Shown here piece after piece: positions 58,801 through 64,000 of a DNA stretch of 64,000 bases (positions within the stretch are counted from its first letter, which is position 1; each line of letters starts with the position of its first letter). A program made the translations under genes and the position numbers. The stretch lies in the sequence record SRR31156797_1413; one strand, given 5' to 3'. A model generated the notes under the pieces. The model did no database searches, was not told the origin of the DNA, and worked only from the letters and a program-made list of their open reading frames with translations.

Positions 58801-60734
58801 GTCAAACCACTGATTTCACTGCAGTGGGTGTTGGTGATATGGCAGGTGACGTGTTTGGTAACGGCATGCTGTTGTCAAAACATATTCGTCTTCAGTGTGC
58901 GTTTAACCATTTACACATCTTTATCGATCCAAACCCTGATTCAGCAACCGGTTGGGAAGAGCGTAATCGTTTATTCAATCTGCCAAGATCAAGCTGGGAA
59001 GACTACAACCCTAAATTGATCTCCAAAGGTGGTGGCATCTTCTCGCGTAAAGCGAAGTCGATCACTTTAACTCCTGAAATTCAGAAAATGTTAGGAATAA
59101 AGAAGGCTTCACTAGCACCAAATGATCTGATTAAGATGATCCTTTCGATGGAGGTCGATCTACTTTGGAACGGTGGTATCGGTACATACGTTAAAGCGTC
59201 AAGTGAAACTCATACTGATGTGGGTGACCGTGCGAACGACTCATTGCGTATTGATGGCCGCGATCTGAATGCGAAAATTGTTGGTGAAGGCGGTAACTTA
59301 GGTATGACTCAGTTGGGGCGTGTTGAGTATGCTCTGAAAGGTGGCCGTGTTAATACAGACTTCGTAGACAATGTAGGTGGTGTTGACTGTTCGGATAACG
59401 AAGTCAACATTAAGATCTTCTTAAATGGGTTAGTGGCTAACGGTGATCTAACCGTTAAGCAGCGTAATCAGATCCTGGAATCCATGGAAGATGAAGTGGG
59501 TGAGATTGTTCTTGAAGATGCTTATGTACAGTCTGAATCTATTTCGGTTACAGAACAACAAGGCGTCGCTGCTGTTAAAGAGCAAATCCGCTTTATTCAT
59601 CAATTGGAAAAAGCGGGGCACTTGGATCGCGCACTTGAATATATCCCAGATGATGAAACTCTGTTGGAACGCGAAAAACAAGGCCAGGGTTTAACTCGTC
59701 CTGAGCTTTCAGTATTAGTCGCGTACGGTAAGATGGTGCTCAAAGACGAGTTGGCTTGCGATGACATCGCAAATGATGATTTCCATGCTCAACAGTTGAT
59801 GAACTACTTCCCAACTGAGTTACGCCGTAACTATTCGCAGCATATGCAAAATCATCCGCTACGTGCTGAGATTATTTCTACCGCGCTCGCAAACCAGATG
59901 GTTAATGAAATGGGTTGCAACTTCGTTACTCGTCTTCAAGAAGAAACAGGCTCAAACGCCGTTGATGTAACCAATGCGTATGCCGCTGCACGTGAAATCT
60001 ATAAGTTAGGTGCCGTGTTAGACAATGTGCGTAAACTGGATAATAAAGCCGATGCTGAAACTCAGTATGAAGTGATGTTCCACGTTCGCCGCACGCTTCG
60101 CCGTTTATCTCGTTGGTTATTGCGTAATCGTCCGGGTAAACAATCTGTTCGTGAATTGGTTGAGCTGTACCAAGCTGATGTCGAAATTATTGCCACCAAA
60201 TTAGGTGAAGTACTAGTGGCGGAGGAAGTGGAAGAGCATAACGCGATGGCTCAAGTTTGGATTGATAAAGGTATTGATTCAGAAGTCGCAAATTATGTTG
60301 CCCGTCTGTCTAGCTTACATTCAGTACTGGATATATCCTCAGTAGCTAAGGAAAAAGGCAAATCTGTTGAACAAACGGCGAAACTTTACTTCAACCTCGG
60401 TGACCGCTTGTCACTTCATTGGTTCTTGAAACAAATCAATAACCAAGCGACCGATAACAACTGGCAAGTATTGGCTCGTGCTGCATTCCGAGAAGATCTG
60501 GATTGGCAACAACGCCAGTTAACGGCTCAAGTACTGAATTGTGAATGTGACACTGATAAACTAGATGTGATTAAAGCTTTGGAAGATTGGATGGAAGTCA
60601 ATCAAGTCTCTTTACATCGTTGGGAAAACATCTTAAATGAGTTCAAAGTAGGGGCTGTTCATGAGTTTGCTAAGTTCTCTGTAGCACTACGAGAATTGAT
60701 GTTACTCAATTTAAACTGCCAAGCTGTTGAATAA
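55893..60734 (+). CDS. gdhB: Large NAD-specific glutamate dehydrogenase
   Basis: ARGGLRWSDR, KAQQVKN, AADKGTA, GDAFASGGS and GVDCSDNEVNIKI motifs; GGAG SD before ATG 55893. Confidence 0.96.
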   Translation: MTARETLMPVLLEKVYQLIQDKLEPKQQPLVTQLAQHLFSNVSQDDLDERNESDLYGAVVSLWHHVSEKKSEDYSVRVFNPTVSRHGWESTHTIVEIAVPDGPFHVDSIKMALSRLDLTSHLMLNGPTQIDRDAKGEVKSINQGEGPLQSLFHIEVDRLSNKEEMKKLQEELLDILRDTELVVQDWKPMVDKLDQVIKQLESDVDHLPMDSDRFQETMAFLRWLGDHNFTFMGYKEYDLVNIEGDTELQPTQEAGLGLFSEKDRVRTVKLSEFSDSARLEAKKAYLLILTKGNKQSRIHRPAYTDYIGIKKFDKNGKVVGEHRFTGLYTSAVYNQAVQSIPLIREKVERILVASGYREGSYAYKALHNILENYPRDELLQASEEELLEVGMGVVQMQDRDLLRLFVRKDPFGRFFSCMVYVTKERYNTELRRQTQRIFKQYFGCEQEVEFTTFFSESPLARTHYIVRVDNNNMDVDVKKIEQNLMEASTTWDDRLSEAIVANSGESKGLPLSKQYLHAFPRSYKEDVMPASAVADIERLEALNEQNKLGMLFYRPQEESKDSRAVRLKLYHRDEPIHLSDVMPMLENLGLRVIGESPYEVVKSNGQVYWILDFSMLHKSDSQVDLREARDRFQQAFAAIWNGDLESDGFNRLVLGASLTGREVSILRAYARYMRQVGFPFSQQYIEDTLSHYPDLAKGLVDLFVRRFDPKFKGAQKGQTDLIKKMTEQLDYVESLDDDRIIRRYMEMISATYRTNYYQTDENKQAKPWLALKMKPSEIPEIPAPVPAFEIFVYAPDIEGVHLRGGKVARGGLRWSDRQEDFRTEILGLVKAQQVKNTVIVPVGAKGGFVCKKQYLFNTRDEIFAEGQRCYKRFIRALLDVSDNIIEGEVAPPVNVVRHDEDDPYLVVAADKGTATFSDLANSVSEEYNFWLGDAFASGGSNGYDHKAMGITAKGGWESVKRHFREIGINCQTTDFTAVGVGDMAGDVFGNGMLLSKHIRLQCAFNHLHIFIDPNPDSATGWEERNRLFNLPRSSWEDYNPKLISKGGGIFSRKAKSITLTPEIQKMLGIKKASLAPNDLIKMILSMEVDLLWNGGIGTYVKASSETHTDVGDRANDSLRIDGRDLNAKIVGEGGNLGMTQLGRVEYALKGGRVNTDFVDNVGGVDCSDNEVNIKIFLNGLVANGDLTVKQRNQILESMEDEVGEIVLEDAYVQSESISVTEQQGVAAVKEQIRFIHQLEKAGHLDRALEYIPDDETLLEREKQGQGLTRPELSVLVAYGKMVLKDELACDDIANDDFHAQQLMNYFPTELRRNYSQHMQNHPLRAEIISTALANQMVNEMGCNFVTRLQEETGSNAVDVTNAYAAAREIYKLGAVLDNVRKLDNKADAETQYEVMFHVRRTLRRLSRWLLRNRPGKQSVRELVELYQADVEIIATKLGEVLVAEEVEEHNAMAQVWIDKGIDSEVANYVARLSSLHSVLDISSVAKEKGKSVEQTAKLYFNLGDRLSLHWFLKQINNQATDNNWQVLARAAFREDLDWQQRQLTAQVLNCECDTDKLDVIKALEDWMEVNQVSLHRWENILNEFKVGAVHEFAKFSVALRELMLLNLNCQAVE

Positions 60735-60769
60735 CGTTTGAATTGTTAGGCGAATAAGACAATAATAAT

Positions 60770-60796
60770 GCCCCGTTTAATCGGGGCTTTTTTTTA
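60770..60796 (+). terminator. Terminator between gdhB and pyrD
   Basis: GCCCCG-TTTAAT-CGGGGCTTTTTTTT. Confidence 0.75.
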
Positions 60797-60807
60797 TCGG
60801 AGGCACA

Positions 60808-61818
60808 ATGCTCTACCGCTTAGCCAGAACTGGCTTTTTCAAATTGGATGCTGAAAAGGCGCATGATCTTGCCATCCAAAACTTCAAACGTTTTACCGGC
60901 ACTCCTCTTGATCTTTTCTATCGTCAAAAACTTCCAAATCGACCTGTTGAGTGTATGGGCTTAACCTTCAAAAACCCTGTTGGTCTTGCTGCTGGCTTGG
61001 ATAAGAATGGCGAATGTATCGAAGCCTTTGGTGCTATGGGATTCGGATTTGTTGAAGTAGGGACCGTGACTCCACGACCTCAATCCGGTAATGATAAACC
61101 ACGTTTGTTCCGCGTTATCCCAGCTGAAGGGATCATCAACCGAATGGGATTCAACAACTTAGGTGTTGATAACCTGGTTGAGAATGTGAAGAAAGCGAAC
61201 TACGACGGTATTATCGGTATCAATATCGGTAAAAATAAAGATACTCCAATAGAGAAAGGTGCTGAAGATTACCTGATTTGTATGGATAAGGTCTATCCAC
61301 ACGCGGGTTACATTGCCGTTAATATCTCTTCGCCAAATACTCCAGGATTGAGAACACTTCAATACGGTGAGGCTCTTGATGAGTTGCTCGCTGCACTAAA
61401 AGAGAAACAATCTGAACTTGCGGCTAAATATGATAAGTACGTACCGCTTGCGTTAAAAATTGCTCCGGATCTGAGTGACGATGAAATCAAGCAAATTTGT
61501 GAATCTTTGCTTAAAAACAACATCGATGGGGTGATTGCAACCAATACAACGTTAGATCGTAGTTTGGTTGAAGGTATGAAACATGGTAGTGAAACGGGTG
61601 GACTGAGTGGTAAGCCTCTTCAATCGCGCAGTACGGAAGTGATCAAGTGTTTATACCAAGAGTTGGGCGATCAAGTTCCAATTATCGGTGTGGGTGGTAT
61701 TGATTCATACGTGGCAGCGAAAGAAAAATTATTGGCTGGTGCGAAACTTGTACAAGTATACAGTGGTTTCATTTATCAAGGCCCAGGTCTAGTTGCTGAC
61801 ATTGTTAAAAATATCTAA
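60808..61818 (+). CDS. pyrD: Dihydroorotate dehydrogenase (quinone)
   Basis: [36 protein letters not shown] and GGLSG motifs. Confidence 0.98.
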   Translation: MLYRLARTGFFKLDAEKAHDLAIQNFKRFTGTPLDLFYRQKLPNRPVECMGLTFKNPVGLAAGLDKNGECIEAFGAMGFGFVEVGTVTPRPQSGNDKPRLFRVIPAEGIINRMGFNNLGVDNLVENVKKANYDGIIGINIGKNKDTPIEKGAEDYLICMDKVYPHAGYIAVNISSPNTPGLRTLQYGEALDELLAALKEKQSELAAKYDKYVPLALKIAPDLSDDEIKQICESLLKNNIDGVIATNTTLDRSLVEGMKHGSETGGLSGKPLQSRSTEVIKCLYQELGDQVPIIGVGGIDSYVAAKEKLLAGAKLVQVYSGFIYQGPGLVADIVKNI

Positions 61819-61876
61819 CTTATTATATTTGTTACTTTAATTTTACAGTGTGATTAAAAGTGACAAGGTAATGACG

Positions 61877-61911
61877 AGAGGAAATGAGAAAATCATTTCC
61901 TCTTTTTTTTT
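61877..61911 (+). terminator. Terminator after pyrD
   Basis: AGAGGAAATGA-GAAAA-TCATTTCCTCTTTTTTTT. Confidence 0.75.
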
Positions 61912-62007
61912 AAATTTCCTCTCTTAGAATTAAGTTCAGTTAGTTGGTATAGGTAATTAAGCGTTTTACCTAATAGTCTGATAAATAATAAATAGAGAGT
62001 CAGGACA

Positions 62008-62550
62008 ATGCTTAAACCGAGTGACAAATGGAATTGGTACTACTCAGATAGTGAAGGCTATCTGATGCTAGAGCTGGGTGAGGAGATGGTGTTTCGCACT
62101 AATCTTAGCAGTAATCTATTAGTGGATTGTGCATACACACCGAGTCAATTTACAGTTGATGACGCTTCGGACTACCAAACCTATAAAGAACGCATCGATT
62201 ATCTAGAGTTAAGTGAGCCACGCAAAGTTGAATTAGTACTATACTGCGTCGCCGCGAAGCGCTTTCACAAGCCTGTCCAGCCAAAGAGCTGGTTTTTTGA
62301 CTATCAAAGCAGTGGTTATTCTCCTCAAGAGGGGGAAATAGTGAGCTTAGTGAACAGCAATGGCCAAGGGTACTTCATCGTTCTTGAAGTCGGTGATAAT
62401 GCGAGTTTATGTGCGCTTGTCGACTTAGAAGCATTTTCACTGAATTCATCCAAGCAGTTGTCCTTTGGACAGGTGATTAAAGTCATGCATGATCGCATGG
62501 CTCCAGCTAACCATATTCTTCTATCTCATCCAATGGCGATGGTAGGTTAA
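62008..62550 (+). CDS. zapC: Cell division protein ZapC
   Basis: MLKPSDKWNWY, KPVQPKSWFF and IKVMHDRM motifs; directly after pyrD as in E. coli. Confidence 0.93.
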   Translation: MLKPSDKWNWYYSDSEGYLMLELGEEMVFRTNLSSNLLVDCAYTPSQFTVDDASDYQTYKERIDYLELSEPRKVELVLYCVAAKRFHKPVQPKSWFFDYQSSGYSPQEGEIVSLVNSNGQGYFIVLEVGDNASLCALVDLEAFSLNSSKQLSFGQVIKVMHDRMAPANHILLSHPMAMVG

Positions 62551-62589
62551 GTTTCCCTAAGTAATATTCGTTCCTTTGTTTCATTTCCT

Positions 62590-62613
62590 ATCGGCGTAAA
62601 GCCGATTTTTTTT
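62590..62613 (+). terminator. Terminator after zapC
   Basis: ATCGGC-GTAAA-GCCGATTTTTTTT. Confidence 0.75.
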
Positions 62614-63010
62614 GCCCAAAATTTAGGGCAGTCCCCATTAATTCATCTCTCCTTTGAAACACGCCACGTAAATTTATCAACAATTGAAGAAAATTTTCGG
62701 TTAAAAGTGACGGTTAAAACGCCATACTTTCCGCAATAGGAGTGTTAAAACTTCCGCTTTTGCGCTATTTTGTAATAAATTTACAGTGTAAAAATTAATT
62801 TGGTCTAGTCCAATTTTGGTGTGAATAAGTATTCACTATCGCTATGAGGGTTGAAAACAGGTGTTTTGATGTGGGCTGGTAAAGGTTGGTTAAAATAGAA
62901 GCGTTTGTGAGTGAGTTTGAAGGGTTTTTAATGATTTACGACGTTTAGATTTGGGAAGCTGTATATTGTCAGTTATAATCTGAGACCATTTTTATCAGTT
63001 AAAGAACACT

Positions 63011-64000
63011 ATGAATCAGTATCTAGCGGTAACCTCAAACGGTCTTGAAAACCTATTAGTCGAGGAACTCACTCAATTAGGCATTACAGACGCAAAACCT
63101 GTGCAAGCAGGGGTTAAGTTCAAAGCGTCCAAAGAGCAGATCTACCGTTGTTGTTTATGGAGCCGATTAGCTTCTCGATTCGTGCGTGTGATAACTGAGT
63201 TCAATTGCCAAAATGATATGGATCTCTACTTATCAGCAACGTCAGTCAACTGGGTTAACCATTTCCACAGTTCTAAAAAGTTCGTTGTTGATTTTAATGG
63301 GACAAACCGAGAAATCCGTAATAGCCAATATGGCGCAATGAAAGTTAAAGATGCTGTCGTTGACTGTTTTGAAAAGAAAAACCTTCCAAGACCGTCGATC
63401 AGTAAAGATCGTGCAGATCTTCGAATTCACGTTCGCTTGCACAATGACAAAGCGTTGCTTGGTATTGATATGGTCGGTGGTGGCTTACACATTCGTGGCT
63501 ATAGACCTGAATCTGGTCGCGCACCTCTGCGTGAAACATTAGCAGCAGCTATCATTATGCGTAGCGGTTGGGACGCTTCTAAGCCTCTGTTAGACCCTAT
63601 GTGTGGCTCTGGAACCCTAGTGATTGAAGCCGCTATGATGGCAGCTAAAATCGCCCCTGGTTTAAAGCGCGAAAAATGGGGGTTTGAATCTCTAGAAGAT
63701 TTCGAACCTGAGCTTTGGGCTGAGGTTAAGTCAGAGGCGAGCGTGCAGGCGAGAAGGGGTGTCAATAAACTTGACGCTAAGTTTTTCGGTTTAGATAACG
63801 ATACTCGTGTGTTGAAAACCGCGCGTGATAACGCTCGTCGTGCAGGTGTTGAAAACCTGATTCAATTTGAGTTGGGTGATGCGTCACTTCTTAAGAAGCC
63901 ACAGGGCTTTGAAGAAGGTGTTATCGTATGTAACCCTCCGTATGGTGAACGTCTAGGTACTCATCCAGGGCTTATCGCGCTTTATACTGCGTTTGGCGCA
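63011..64000 (+). CDS. rlmKL: 23S rRNA methyltransferase RlmKL, 5' part (runs off the window; absent from the ORF track)
   Basis: [20 protein letters not shown]..., [14 protein letters not shown] domain, RGYR...[18 protein letters not shown] and NPPYGERLG motifs. Confidence 0.95.
   Translation, partial: MNQYLAVTSNGLENLLVEELTQLGITDAKPVQAGVKFKASKEQIYRCCLWSRLASRFVRVITEFNCQNDMDLYLSATSVNWVNHFHSSKKFVVDFNGTNREIRNSQYGAMKVKDAVVDCFEKKNLPRPSISKDRADLRIHVRLHNDKALLGIDMVGGGLHIRGYRPESGRAPLRETLAAAIIMRSGWDASKPLLDPMCGSGTLVIEAAMMAAKIAPGLKREKWGFESLEDFEPELWAEVKSEASVQARRGVNKLDAKFFGLDNDTRVLKTARDNARRAGVENLIQFELGDASLLKKPQGFEEGVIVCNPPYGERLGTHPGLIALYTAFGA

Noticed and set aside
1-64000. CRISPR arrays, tRNA/rRNA genes, transposases, integrases, integron attC arrays
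   Set aside because: None seen by eye: no regularly spaced repeats or recombinase motifs. The remaining short ORF-track entries are antisense or alternate-frame overlaps of real genes

Overview
This is a Vibrio chromosomal segment, probably chromosome I near the terminus: it carries three perfect matS-type sites and the conserved rsmF-letBA-msrC-proQ-prc-pepN-gdhB-pyrD-zapC-rlmKL block. From left to right it holds the 3' end of a large VCBS/Ig-repeat adhesin, a TPR protein with a degenerate GGDEF domain, a GNAT, a small gene with two LexA boxes, a DUF2760-Hsp70-Hsp70 operon, a DEDDh exonuclease, TerB, azoR/hrpA, two beta-barrel OMPs and an M32 carboxypeptidase. Next come an orphan sigma54-driven hcp, 8-oxoguanine deaminase, a glycine-riboswitch-controlled symporter, a sigma54/IHF/NtrC-type ABC importer plus hydantoin/allantoin racemase operon, yajQ, aroH, a PEP-synthase-derived pseudoenzyme and the housekeeping block. 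The main observations not in the ORF track are: (1) an SdsR/RyeB-like sRNA with a sigmaS-type -10 box downstream of rsmF; (2) GrpE-like motifs in the membrane-anchored DUF2760 protein that heads the two-Hsp70 operon; (3) double SOS boxes at a 75-aa gene; (4) ERIC-like half elements, one supplying the hrpA stop codon; (5) a 52-aa membrane protein. No CRISPR array, tRNA, rRNA, transposase or integrase was seen. All family assignments come from motif recognition by eye; no database searches were run.
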